Program-made: the position numbers and the translations under genes | The notes under the pieces: model-generated | What the model was told of the DNA's origin: nothing | What the model saw: only the letters and a program-made list of their open reading frames with translations | The model's database searches: none | Assembly (NCBI GenBank): GCA_039545335.1 | Contig: BCIN01000002.1 | Coordinates: 2,218,484 to 2,257,842 of the forward strand | Source of the DNA: Kondoa subrosea | Taxonomy: Eukaryota | Reading direction: 5' to 3' | DNA length: 39,359 nt | In this document: piece by piece, positions 1 to 13,058 of the stretch | Position numbering within the stretch: the stretch's first letter is position 1 | Layout of the letters: every line of letters starts with the position of its first letter

Positions 1-303
1 GCTCCTCTGTCTGCCGCAATTCCACTTCAATCTACTTCCAGTGTCCCTAGTCTCACCTTTGTGTTTTCTTCTCCTTGTTCTCTGCCATCTTCCTGCTTTT
101 CTTGTGCTGCTCAATTAGATCGAGGCATTAGGCCTTGTTAGCAGTCCTTCCGTCGTTATTTTACGTCTCTTACACGCTATCCATGGCGCTGAAGCAACAC
201 AGCTGCGCGCAGACCCTCAAGTAGGCAAGCAATCTCACACTAAAGCATGCTTTTTCATCCACACTCACGTCACCTCGTCCTCTTTGATCCACATCGGGAA
301 CAT
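1..303 (-). CDS. Possible spliced hypothetical gene running off the left edge (boundaries uncertain)
   Basis: The minus strand carries several donor-like sites (gtgagt, gtaaga, gtgaga), branch/acceptor-like tracts and short coding-like segments (MFPMWIKEDEVT; QHKKSRKMAENKEKKTQ). No family recognised and the frame is unresolved. Confidence 0.3.
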
Positions 304-512
304 CTCATCGTTGCCTGTCCCTTTCCTACTTCTCGTCGTTCCGTGTTCAGGCTTGACATGTCAGGGTCGTAAGCAAGATCGTGTGACATGATCTAGGCAT
401 TTCGAGCCTGAAGATCGGCCATCTCGCAAGCTACTAAGGACCACAGCTGAAATATGGCTACTTCGAAACCGAACATCACGTGGATCAAGAGATGTGAGAT
501 CAATATTAAGCA

Positions 513-647
513 TGAACGCGGTTTTCAGCGCGAACGCGCCAACTGTACACTTCGGATTTGCTAGTATACAAAGTAAACCTCATAGCACAACTGTACACTG
601 CAGCACAAAGCCTTCTGAGCGATTCTTGAAGAGTCGGCAATGTTTAC
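513..647. promoter_or_regulatory. Candidate cell-cycle promoter elements upstream of the Bud4-like gene
   Basis: Three CGCG cores (two as ACGCG) at 513-540 resemble MCB boxes. TGTTTAC at 641-647 is a forkhead consensus. CAACTGTACACT is directly repeated at 540-551 and 588-599. Confidence 0.3.
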
Positions 648-900
648 CGTGAACTGTTGTTTTGATTTTGCGTCAGAAATCTCTTCTTCCCCTTCAAAGA
701 CTTTGCGATACCCTTGCTCGACGGCCGGACACTCGACAGAATAGGTCCTAGCCTGCATACACTTGGTTGCAAGCAAGAAAGTAGCAAAGTGTAGATCGAG
801 CTATTCAACAAGGTGAAATTGGAATCTCACAGGCTGGCAACAAGACTAGGTGCGCTCTTTCTTGAGCCAGCATACGTATACAGAGCACAGTCTGATCATA

Positions 901-3900
901 ATGGCACAGGCACCGCTATCACCTACAAGAAGACAAGCCTACATGGCAAGCCCAACTCGAAGCTCGCCTTTGCGAGAATCCTTTACTTTCACTCAGACCT
1001 CACCTCAGCCACAGCAGTATGGCGGCACTAGTAAGAAAAAAGTACCAGCTTCACCTATTCCTTCAAAATCTTCGATTTTGTCCGATTCGACCAAAGGCTG
1101 GACTTCGCCTCTCAAGATCTCTAAACGAAATTCACCTGTAGTCGAGGACGATGTCTTTTCCTCAGAAGAGAACAATCTCAATAGCACTATTCCGGAACCT
1201 AGAAGAACTTCAAATTCGTTCAAACAGCTCAATAGAGGCTTGGTCTCCAATTCCATCTTCAAACAAGGAGGCAGCAATGCTGCAGGCAGGTCACCGCATC
1301 CGTCTCCTCGAACTTCTCGATTCGTCTCTAGTCCAATGACCGAATCAAGCTCAACGGATTCAATGTCTTCTTTAGCTAGTTCAAACATTTCTTTCAAGAA
1401 CACCGGTTCAGCTCTAGGTCTAGGTCTCAGCAACAATGTTCGTACTTCGCCATCACGGAAAGTCTCAAATGAATCTCGTCAAAACAACAAGACTCAAGAT
1501 CTTAAGTGGGTCGCACCACCTATGCCTTCACCTATTGATCTACCTCAACCCAAATGGAATCATTCAGAAGAAAGGAAAGCTCGTCAATCGGTTGGCGCTC
1601 TGGGAAATCGTTCTTTGGTCTCCGGTAGCGTCTTTACTTCAGACGAACCTGCCTCTCATCAACATCATCGATCTCAACCATCCATTGAATCAGTGGAGAC
1701 CATCACTTCACCTACTCGAACTTCAGCAATGACTCATTCCACCTCTGCTTCGTCCTTGAACAGCTCCACCAATGGCGTTTTGCAACAGTCCAAAAGAATG
1801 AAAGGCCCCCGAACAATGTCTCCTACACCACCTGGCTCTTCTTCCGATTTAGCTTCTATTACAGCTGGTATGGATCAATACGAAGAAGATCATCATGAAA
1901 GAGAATTTGGAGGTGGTGGGGAAGCGATGGCTTTGAGCTTTAGTCAAAGATCAACTAGAAGTTTGAAAACTGTCACGTTCGCTTCCGGTGATGAAGTTAG
2001 GGAGTTTGAAAAGGCTGAGTATGAGGATGAAAGTAGGAGGGAGTCGTTGAGTTCCAATTACTCGGATAGTACTACTTCTAGCACTGAAGAAGCTCGTAAG
2101 TGATCACTTGGCTGACAAAGCGTTGTTCTTGATTTGTAGTTTCCGATCAACAGCTCGCACGAATACCGCAGAAAACATACATACGCCTTCTGTGGAAGAA
2201 ATGCTCGAAAAGTTCCTGCAAGAAGATATGCTTGAGAACCAACAGCAGCTCGCAGCCATCTCAGCTCATCGCGAGGCTCCACAAGAGGAAGAATATCACC
2301 ACTCTACTCGTGCTTATACTCTTTCTCAAGATGTACAAACTTCCCCTGCTCGCCGGCCGGACTACGAATACAGGGAAGGCAACGGAACCGGTTTAGCACC
2401 TGAGAATACTCGCGAAAAGAAAATGATCGTCAACCACATGCATCGACCTCACCTTACAGCTTCCGGTCTACCTACTCTGCATGACTCAACTTCCTCTTAT
2501 GCTGATTCGACTATACCTCGAAGAGATAGCTTTGGTTTTGATTCGCCAAATGAACGATCATTGGTTGATTCTGCTTTGACTTCACTCAACAACTCACCAG
2601 TCAGACAAGGAAGCTTGGTTAGAAGACCTTTACCCAGATTACCACCTACTCCTACCCAGACTTCATCTACAAGATCAAATCTGCCGGAAAGTCTTCCTGA
2701 GCAGAAAGTTAACGGGCAGCAAGAAGATGTGCAGGAAGAGCTACAAGACGAAATCAAACAGGAACCGCAAGAAGAGGAAGTGCTTTCTTCTTATTCCAGA
2801 ATCCCTCGATTGAGCCGAACCGCAAGTGAATTTTCTATACCTGAAGTTGATGCCGTCAGCCCTTTGCTTTTCGACGCTAGCGACTACGATGCTTTGACTA
2901 CTAAGCAAGAAGAAGAAGAAGCAGCTAAGAGAACTTCTCCTCCTCAAACTTTCAGTCAAATTCCTAAACCTGTTTCTTTGAGAGCCAGCACTGTTTCAAT
3001 GGCTGGCACCATTGTCAGTGACGGCTCTGATCTTAGTCGAAATGGTTCACTTGCTTCTTCCACTAATACCGGTGGAAGTTTGAATGGCAAAAGAAGTTTC
3101 AATATGCGTGAAAGAATGGAGGCAAAGATGGCTGCTAAAAAAGCTGATATCCTGGTAGTAGAGACTGGCGTGACACCTCCTCGAATTCAACCCTCTGTAG
3201 CCGCACCTCCGATGCAACTATCGCTACCTTCACCTGTTGGTTCAGTCAGTCTTCTTGGCAAATCTCCTGAGGCTTTGCAAGCTATGAGAAGTCCATTGGA
3301 ACAGTTCAAGTTCAATTCCTCTACCACTCACGCTGATTCCTCTGATGATGAAGGTGAAGATTATTTTGGTTCGCCAACTACCACAGCTACTACTCCTTCT
3401 ACTATCCATGCCAAAGACGACTCTCCTCTCTTGTCTTCTTCATCTACTGTTCCACAAGTACCTGCAAAGGAGAACTTGGCAGAGAGAGAAGCGAAATTGC
3501 TTGAGGCGAGAAGAAGAGCTCGAGCAGCGAAAGATGGTTTGGATGTACCTTTGCCTAGCAAAGGTGGTCGAAGAAGGAGCTTATCTACTGGTGATGTCGA
3601 ACGCTCTCCTTCTCTGGAAGAAAGAGAACCAGAAGCGGTAAGTACATCTTTTCTTGCTGAATTTTGATGACTGATACATCATGCTAGCAATTGGTCATTG
3701 TCCCGCCGACTCCACTACTAAATGCTCAAACACATCGATTACCTTCCTTGGTCTCATCGCCGACTCCCAGATTTGCGGAACAATTGGGAGGCGAATTAGA
3801 CGAGATCTATGAAAACAAGGATGTGAGTGACAATCTATTTGCTTATTCACACCTGCTCATCTGTTCTTCAGCGATCGTATCGTATACGCGAGCGCAAAGT

Positions 3901-5759
3901 TCAGGTTCTAAGCGATGTAGCCGAACACAGCGCTGCTGGTGATTTGCTTTCGGTTGCTCCAGCTAAAGCATGGAAGAAAGTCAGAAAAGCTTCTGATATG
4001 GTAAGGTGTCGTGTTTTGGAATGCTACACCTACTTATGTGACTTGATCGCCGACAGAATCAATACAAAGAACAACTTCGCCAGTATCGGGAAAACGAGTC
4101 TCAGATTCCACAAAAGCGGCTTTTCATGAAGAGTAGGCTGTTTCTATCTTTACGCTTGAAGTATGCTGAAGTCTTTTAACAGTAAGCCATATCAGCTTGC
4201 CCAAGCTTCCTGTGCCACGTCACGCGACGTACTGCAATATTGGGTTGGACACAAACCAGCAGCAGATAGAATCAGAGCCAATGCTTCTGATGAATGAAAT
4301 GGTTGTGAAGGAAGTTGAATGGGAGCTGTGAGTGATATGCTGGCAGCCCAGTTCGCTTGCTGATTTGGTGATGAACAGGTTGGCTCCTGATGGACTTTCG
4401 TTTACTCTGGCGGTACAAGTAGATCTGAACTCGCCTGACAATCGTCACTTGCGTCCTATTGCTTCTGCACCCATTCAAGAAAACCAGCCAGTCAAGCAGA
4501 AATCGGGCTTCAGAAGCAAGTTGTTCGGCAAGTCTTCAAGACCTGCTTCTGTTGCTCAAGTCCATCAAGCTGCAGCTCCCAGAGCAGATCCTCTGACCTA
4601 CGAGATGAATATGACTGGTCTTATCGGCGAAGCAAGAATACTCTTCAGCAGCATCGAGAAGAAATCCGAAAATCAACGCCATACCTTGAAACTGCCTATA
4701 CAATCCGCTAAAGGTCATGTTGTCGGTGAAATGAGGGTTGATTTCTTCACTCTTCCAGCTATCAAAGGTGTTCCGGGCGATAAACTTCCCCTCTCATTGG
4801 CTGATTGCGTCGATGGTTTGCACAAATTGAGCCAAAGCAATATCAAGTATCATGAGGGTAACCTCAGTCAGATGGGCGCTGATTGCAAAGTAAGCCGATC
4901 TCTCGTACGTTAAGGGCTGGGCTAAAGGTTACCGCAGACTTGGCGTCGTCGAAAGATTACAGCTCAAGGTGACAAGCTCATTGCTTCCAATGAAGTGACC
5001 AAGGCGATGCAGCTTACCATGGATCTTTCACTTGTTGTTGACATTCAAGATTGCAATCTTCCGGCAGACGATACCGAAACACTCGGCGAGGTTGCTGGCA
5101 GCGAGCGAACAGCTCAACGCTCTACAAGAACTGGGAAGTCTTCAGCTCACTCGCAACGGATTTCCGATGAAGAGGAACGTTACCATGTTGAACGAAGCTT
5201 TGCTCTTCACTTTGCGGATGGTTCGGAAATCCAATTCTACGCTGACACCGATGCGGAGAAGGAAATGTGGTTGGAAGTCTTACCCAAAATCATTGGCAAG
5301 TCCGCTTGCAAGCCTCCTATCTGGGCAGCAGCTCTCAATCAGCAAGTAGCTTTGGCAAAAAGTCCATTGTCAGCTGCAATGCAACCTACGTTGTCAAACA
5401 GCTCAAGCAAAAGTGCAGCAAGTAAGCAACGAGTCCCACCTCCTGTAGCAGCTACAAGCAAACAACCCAGAAGAGCTTCAAATTCTCAAATATCGCGAAA
5501 GACATCTTTGTCCCAGCTGCCCTCCCTTCCACCGGTTGCCGGACCCTCAAAAACAGCAACAGCAGCGCGACCAGCCTCAGCTCAAGGATCTGTCAGCAGC
5601 AGCAAACCACCCCGACCGCCTTCTCGGCAATTGGGCGAGCGGCCTGCTTCAGTCGCTTCTTCCGCTGCACCAGCTAATCGTTACCTTACCGGTTCAGTCG
5701 CTCGCTACGCCAACAATGCATCTCAAACTGGCGCAGGACCTCAACGAAGGAGACCATAG
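901..5759 (+). CDS. BUD4: Bud4/Mid2/anillin-like septin-associated protein: long Ser/Pro-rich disordered N-terminus, anillin-homology region and C-terminal PH domain (multi-exon)
   Basis: ATG 901, first intron 2096-2139, stop TAG 5757-5759. The spliced C-terminus reads YHEGNLSQMGADCK|TWRRRKITAQGDKLIASNEVT...ERSFALHFADGSEIQFYADTDAEKEMWLEVL, typical of the Bud4-type PH domain. Confidence 0.8.
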
Positions 5760-5991
5760 TTGCAGGGTGTCGGGTTGCTGTTCGATATAGCACACACATG
5801 TATTTGTCGTTCTTTTCTTATCTAGCATTTCTTTCGCATGTACATATAGGTTGCTTGATATTATCTCGTTTCATGGGTCTCACGAAATGTATGTTCAGAC
5901 GAATAGATAAGAAGATGGTATTTAATGCATTGTAATACCACTGAAAACACACACAGAGTCCCCAACAGATTCGTATTGTCACCTCTTTCCG

Positions 5992-8014
5992 TTAAAGAGC
6001 TGGTTCCGCCAGAGGTTCTGCAATACCCATCTCTTTGTCCGCAGCAGGTTCGGGTTGAATCGCTGCTTTCTGCTTTGCTTTCCGATCTTTCCTAGCTTGT
6101 ACCTTTGCTTTGTTGGCTGCTCTTCTTGCTTGTCTTGAAGCCTTGGGATTGAGCGGTATGGTGACCTTCAAATGTTTAATGTGCGTTGGTATGAATTCGG
6201 GTTGAGTAGGTTGCGACACTACAGCAGTAAGCGGAGCGGGTCGACCGATTTGGGTAGGAATGAGATCAACGGGCTTAGCGAAGGAAGAAGCTGGTGGTAG
6301 TGCATCCAACCAGCTTGCACGAGGTAATTTTAGGTGATGTCTGGCCAAGGCTAGCAATTCGTCTAGTTCTGGTGCAGAGGCCTGTTTGCATATGATTAGG
6401 CGCGGTCCTCAGCAAACGTAAAAGATACACTGACTCTGATGCCGACCACTGCTGCATGGTTAATACCCAAAGCTTTAGCCAATTCCTCATCTGCGCCCTT
6501 GTTCAGCTGAATTACATACATCCCGCTTTTTTCCACCTCTGCTTCGGTAGTCTTGCCTCTCGCTAGTAGACCATTTGCGGTGCAAGCCAAAGTGAGCAGA
6601 TGAGTGACAAGAGAAGGTGGGTTGATGTCAGGCAAACAAACAAAGATCAATCGCAAAGGTGAAATGTCTTCTTCCTCATCTTCGACTGCCGATCCTTGAT
6701 CCACATCCATTTCCTCGATTGTATCTGATTCGATCCAATTTCCTCCTTCAACAGCGACCGCAGCTTTCGCAGCTTTGTCCAGTTGATGCTTGTCCAATAA
6801 TTTGCGATACTTGGCTACAGCTCTTGAAATAGTATCGAAACATTGTTTACCATGGTAACGCTTCGCAAGTCGATCTCTTTCGTTATCCAGGAAAATATAA
6901 GTCGCTTTCGGAGTATCGGAATTAATGATCTTTTCCAAATGTTGCAACTCTTTCTGTAAGTCCAGCATATTCGCTTGTCTTACTGATCGCGGTTGTACAG
7001 GTTCAGGTTGGGCTGGTCTTAGATTCTTCCTGCAGAATTCTGGATCGGAGCGTTCGAGAAGTGGTTGTAAGGAAGACCACATAGATCCCGTAATTTGCGG
7101 TGAAGGCTTGAGACCTTTCTTATTGGTTCGAGGAGGGAAGACAGTTCGGTGAGATAAACCGAAAGGAATTGGATCGTTCTTATCGTTTGGGACGTAAGCT
7201 GGAGGACCAGCATGACCAGTTGTGGTTTGACTTTGTTCCGCCAGTGTACGTAAATAAGCATAAACAGCACTTTCTTTGCCAGGCAACTTAATATTTGGTG
7301 TCGCTTTGCTCTTTTTGCTTACTGAAGAAAGCTTCTTTCGCGTTGCAGCAAGTTCTGCTTTCTTCTCCTTTTTGCTTTTGAACTTCTTGCCCTTCTTCTT
7401 GACTGCTGGAGGACATTTAGGAGGAAGTCCAAGTGCTTGTCTACGCCTTGCATCAATCAACTCTTCCAGACATTTGGTTACCCCGTTGATACCCAATACC
7501 AGACTAGATAAGATTTCAGGCTCATCAGGAGCCGGATTAGGATGATAGGGTCCATCAGATTGACGGGGACGAGGAGCAAATTTGGCTGGAGGTCTGAAAT
7601 CTGGGATACTGACTGGTCTGTCTCTGCCTCGCAACGATATTTCGTGGGTAGCTGGTAGAGTAGAAGTAGAGGCTTCAGGAGCAGTATTTGTATCCATTGC
7701 ATCTCTTGCCTTAACTTGAGCAGCTTTCTTAGATTTGCGCTCTGGTTTACGTCCACCTCGATGCTTGCGCTGGTATTCCTTGTAAGGTGCCACGGCTATC
7801 AGAAGCTTCTTGAAAGCGAGCAGCATCTGATTGCGAGCATGAGTAGGCAGAGCAGGCCTGTGGAAAGAAAGTCAATTCCAAGGTTTGTGTGCGAAGTGTG
7901 CAGAGCGGACCATCGCAAGTCATAGGCGTTGGATACGACGGGCTTGAAGACTTGCTTGCGAGCTTTTGCATCGGCTCGCAGTGATGGAGGAGCGACCTGA
8001 GCAGCGGCACTCAT
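5992..8014 (-). CDS. POP3: RNase P/MRP subunit Pop3/Rpp38-like (L7Ae-type fold) with a large basic insertion
   Basis: Motifs RKQVFKPVVSNAYDLRWPALP (joined across an intron), LVLGINGVTKCLE, LIFVCLPDINPPSLVTHL, LNKGADEELAKALGINHAAVVGI and C-terminal IKHLKVTIP. ATG 8014, stop 5992. Confidence 0.75.
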
Positions 8015-8150
8015 TTGGTTTGGGAGCAAGTTGCAATCTTATGTAATTGGACTAATTTCACTTCTAAACTTAAGCCGACGCCCGTTATACAACCTGTGAT
8101 ACACCATGACACTGAAGAAACTATTGCTGCCTACGCAATTAGTTGTTGAA

Positions 8151-9322
8151 CTAATACATCCCGTACTGATGTTGCTGCTGATAACCAGCCGAAGGCATCC
8201 CAGAGTAAGGAGTAGCGGTATAAGGAGTATACGGATTGCCATACATTGCTTGCTGTTGTTGCTGCTTGAAGTTCGCTGAGGTTGCTGTCGAGTTTCCGCT
8301 CATAATCTGCTCGAGCGCTCGAGCTTTGAGCATTTTCTGCGTATCCTTGTCGCTCCCCACTAGCTTCTGTACTGCACAAGATATAACAGAATCAGTGGAG
8401 ATCAATCAGTAACAGATCAGACTTACCGACTTCTTTCTTCTTCCTCTCTTCAGCTGCCATCTGTTTCGCCATATTCCTCCTCTCTTTCAATTCCATCATC
8501 TCTGACTGCTCTTGCGCTTGTACTTGTCGATCATGATATTTCTTCCGTTCAAGCATATCAACATAGACGGGATCCATGCCTAGAAGTGAAGCCATCCATA
8601 CGCCAAAGACGATCAAAGAAATCGATAGCGATTCAGTGATGATGGAAGCAATACCTATTTGCAAACCGGTTTGATTTTTTGTTATAGTCGACATCCTGCA
8701 AAGCTTGCTCGGTTATCAAACGCCAAGATAAACAGTATTAAGACTCACAGTATATACGCTAGGGGTAGAGGTGGTAGTAGAGGTACCAGAGACAGCCTCA
8801 GGGATCTTCGAATGCGTATTTCCATTTCTTCATAACGCGGATGCGGAACGAGAGCTACAGCCAGCCATTGGCATGCTGCGATAAAGATCACGAGAAATCT
8901 GGAAGCGACCCAAAAAGCAACTACATGCTGCAAATCAGCCTGCATCCTCATAATCGTGGAAGGAGGAACGTACAGATATCTTGCCTTGAAGCTTCTCCGA
9001 AATTGTCTGAAGGTATAAATGCGGAAGTACAAACATCATCCAAGCAAGTCTGTCTTGCAAAAGATCCTAATCGAACAATCGTTCCATTTTCTTTTGGAGA
9101 AGTCCATTGAAATCCGAAAAACATTTTGCCTAAATCTGAAGTGGCGCAAGAAAGACCTGAATGAAGAACGAAGAAGAAAAGACCTGCTCCAATGATGAAT
9201 AGTGGTAAAGCTCGCTTTGTCCAAGAAGTCCGGTCACTTTGAACTGGCGTTTGATCAGTAGAGCCGTACTTAGAGAGATCTTCATAGATCGTCTGAGGTT
9301 GCTGGGAGTCAACGATGGACAT
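8151..9322 (-). CDS. Four-TM membrane protein, SUR7/PalI (claudin-like) family-like, with a Q/Y/P-rich C-terminal tail
   Basis: Four exons splice in frame and give four hydrophobic segments. The first loop has VRLGSFARQTC-x4-C, a degenerate G-L-W-x-x-C...C motif. The tail ends QQQQQAMYGNPYTPY...YGMY*. Confidence 0.55.
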
Positions 9323-9875
9323 CCTCTGTTGTTATTGTCTTGAGATCATATCGTGATGAAATAGGCGTTCGCGAAGGAGGACCGTCAGGAAGGTGAAATG
9401 ACAGGTATAGGACAAAGGGATCAAACAATTCAAAAGATACAGACGTGTCTGCAGACGACGCCTACGAGCATACTTGGGCGGAGGAGGCCCTGCACTATCG
9501 CGAAGAGCTTCGAAAGCGGGCAAAAGCTGGCTCAGAAGAACCCTTCCTCCAGCCTTTTCATTAGCGCCAATAGGTCTCGGAGCGCATATTACTTACCGCT
9601 GCGTCTATCGGCTTCAGGAGACGGATAGAGGAGATATCGAAAACGAAATTATCGAAATTAATCAATCACGATGAACGCTAGAACAAGGACTGAAGCAGCG
9701 TAATCGCTCGAAAACAGCAGCACAATGCAGTACACAGAGGAAGACATTAAAGCAGTCGTGTTTCGAAGAAAGCTCACGGCGAATAATAGAAAGAGTTAGA
9801 GATCGAGGGACTATATAACATCGTGAGATAGTCGCTGCATTACATATAAATACTGGTAGTAGCGTAAGTGCACCC

Positions 9876-10920
9876 TCAAATTCGTCTGTCTATACATGTT
9901 TTACAACCTGCCATAATCTTGAGATCCTGCGAGTCCTGCTCGTTTGTTCTTTCATGCTTTTGATCCTTGCCCGGCCCAGCTGCCCATGTAAGTGTCGAAT
10001 CGTGGCCAGAATTCTGTTCAAATGTACCTAGATCAGCCAGATCCAGGAAATTAGGGAATCAAATCTTACCCCATTCGCCATAGCATGACAATACCGAAAT
10101 GATCTGGAAGGCATAGGCAGCATAGTCTGAAACAGCAGATGAATTGGCTGCTGAGTAATGAATGAGGTCAATGCCAACTTACAATGTCTGAAGACATCTC
10201 CAGGTTCCGCATGTTGTACATGACTCGCTGCTAAACCTGCTCTGAACATAGGTAGCGCTCCTAATCTGTTGAAATTGCTTGCTGCTTCTGTGAACTGCTC
10301 TTGTATAGCCAAAGTCGCAGATAGGGTGAGGACAAAAGCGGAGAAATTTATGACTGTTCCAGTGAAGAAGATCCATTTCGCTACTGAGTATTTCATTCTT
10401 CTTAAAGGCGAGCTTGGACTTGTGAACCGGGCCAGCATTGGAACGAGTAGAAGAGGAAAAGCCACGACAACCATTATGACTGAGACAACTAAGACAATTG
10501 GTGTCGTTCGAAGAGCCATTGGTAATGATCGCTCGACCAGAGCTGAAGGTAGATTCAGTGCATCCATCGATGCAATGTAATTTGGTTCCAGAGCTGTTCT
10601 CGTGCACGTGAGGACCGGCGTTTCGTATTGATAACACGACCCTGCAATAAGTCAGAAGAAGAAGAAGCTTTACGATGTTTGATCTCACCCAGGATGCCCA
10701 AGTATATGCCTGTCGGTTTCGAAGGGTCCAACGTCGGATCGTCAACCGCTGGCAATAGTCGCAGGACCGAGAATCGAGGGTCTTTCACTATCGGTATGCC
10801 AAAGAGTGAAGTTAACAGCATCACGAAAGCCGCTACATGAAAGAAGAAGGGCGCAAAGTGTACCACTTGCGATCGCGAAACTGGAGATTTGCTTCGAATG
10901 GCTTGGATAAAGTTCGACAT
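9876..10920 (-). CDS. SUR7/PalI/Rim9-family four-TM membrane protein (3' end uncertain)
   Basis: TM1 FAPFFFHVAAFVMLLTSLFGIP, spliced loop motif IYLGILG|SCYQYETPVLTCT, three further hydrophobic helices and canonical introns. Confidence 0.7.
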
Positions 10921-11378
10921 GCTCGCTGGACTATGCCTTGATGCTTGATAGATTGCAGATGGATGCTACAGGTTTCCAGACCTCTGCGAACAGTCGGTAA
11001 GGGCTTTTGTCGCATTTTCCGTCTGCCTTGGGCGATTGGTCCTTTTGTGCGAACAAGACAAAAGAGATTTTACCGAAGTTGCGCTGTCTCTCTATTTCGA
11101 AGCTATGGTGTCTTCGAATAGTACAGAAGACACCCGAGCACCATCAGAGGCTTGTTGACATGCTCTGCGCAAATGTCGAATTTCCCTCACATATGGAATT
11201 TGCAGCGCTTCGATGGATCACAGTTCTTGTCAGGTCTTTCTTCATCCTTGCGTCATGTCTGTATACTTTACGTGTCGCTTCTGAGTGGATTGTCATCTTC
11301 TTTGTCGTCTCTTCGCTCACGCCCTCTTGACCGCGCCTCTTTTACGAACGACTCTTGCTTGCGATCTATCGAGGCCTG

Positions 11379-12940
11379 ATGCTGGTCAATCACGCTCGAA
11401 GGAGAGAAGAAAAGAAGGCGCGCAAACTGCTGGCAGCTGCGCCTAGAAGACAAGTTTCTGTTCTGAAAGCTGCGCCGAATCAAGTTCAGAATCCATACCA
11501 TTCGCCTACCAAGAGGATTGATCCTGCTACTGGACTAATCATTCCTCGAGATGCCGTGACTGAGGAAGATCTCCTGGCTATTTCGCTGAAAGAACAGAGT
11601 TCTTCATCGCATTGGCCTATTTGGATTGCTGGCAGCATTCTGATACCTATCTTAGCTGCTCTAGTTATGCTGTTCATGATTGTATTTGGCTCGGGCACCT
11701 TCATCAGCTCTTCCTCAAGCGGCTTCCTCTTACATCTCGAACAAGGCTCAACGAAAAATAGCAGTGCCACACTTCATTCTGATCTCTGGTTAGGTCTTTC
11801 AGGCTACTGTATCAAATCTCAGGATGCTACCAAGAACTGCTCGACATCGGCCTTGAACAGTTTCTATGCTCAAGCTTATACTCAAGTTAGCTTGGGCTCT
11901 TTACAAACCTCCGTGCCGAACAATTACGGACCTCAAGCATCATCTTTACTAGCTTCTATGGTGTTCTTCATCACTTCCATAGTCTTTCAAATCTGGGCAG
12001 TCATAGATTTACGAAAAGCAGAAAGGGACGAATTCGCAAAACGGCAAAGATGGGTACATGAAATGATCGTAGCCAAACGATTGGAGATTTTCTTCCTCGT
12101 ATTTGCTGTTGGAGCTTTTCTTTGTGGCATTAGCGCAACTACTACTTTGGCTTCTTCTGTTTCTGCTGCTTGTGCAACTGTCAACGCTTTAGGACCTAGG
12201 ATTGATGATACAGAATTTGGGAAATGTACGCAGGGTAATGTTACGACTGTATTACTGGTCGCGTGGATGTGCACTGGTTTGGCTATATTGACGCAATTGT
12301 GCGTGATTGCTTTCGATGGCCTGAGCAGGAAATTGCGCTTCGAATAGTGAGTGGCACAAGTCTGCCGTAGAGACACTCTCTGATAAGATGCACAAGCGAA
12401 CAACTCTATCATGATGTAGGTGTTACACATCGCAATTAAGTCTAGCTAATGATCGAAGCAGTTGCAAGCTTTTGCAAACGATGACTTTGTGCAGCTTCAG
12501 AATAAGCTAAATCATATGCGTGCGCCAGAAGACTTGCTCTCGTCTTGGTCACTCTTGCTCACTCTTGCATCTGACCAGATTCGAAAGCGGAAGCTATACA
12601 TGCCGCATCAGCCGCGTACCAAGACTTTAGGCGGAAAGAGCTCGAAGTACGTTTGAATTCCATGTCATAGCTACATGTTTGATTTTCTTGCCAGGACTAC
12701 ATTGTTTTTGAAGACGTTCAATCAGTTCTGAGGCGTCAAGAACAACTCATTTTGGCCCAGCGATATGAATTCGAGAACCTATCAAATCAGACGCGACCGC
12801 CTGTCTACGCTGCACCTGTGGAACAACCGGTCTTTGTTCAGCAACAGCAACCAACTTATGCCATGCCTGTCCAAACACCTTATTACAGCACTGCACCCAT
12901 AAGCAGCGGGACGATGGCATATGCTCAGCAGTACGCTTAA
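11379..12940 (+). CDS. SUR7/PalI-family four-TM membrane protein with a Q/Y/P-rich tail (start uncertain)
   Basis: Motif DLWLGLSGYC-x8-C and four TM segments. The apparent TAG at 12345-12347 overlaps a gtgagt donor; splicing continues YEQLYHD|LQAFANDD...|HSKAEAIHAA...|DYIVFED...AYAQQYA* to TAA 12938-12940. Confidence 0.7.
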
Positions 12941-13058
12941 TCACCTTCTTTTGTCTGTATCTTTGTAGTTGTGCAATATCAATACGTATTACGTAATGTA
13001 TCGCTCAAACGCGGCTCAAATAAATTACCTTCCAACTTGTTGCGAACTTCCAGCAACG

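Noticed and set aside
9398..9564. Possible tiny spliced ORF (MTDVSADDAYEHTWAEEALHYREELRKR...)
   Set aside because: It needs an intron of under 40 nt without a clear branch point, and no homology was recognised.
12752..12940. Apparent stand-alone 62-aa Q/Y/P-rich ORF
   Set aside because: It splices in frame as the last exon of the upstream tetraspan gene.
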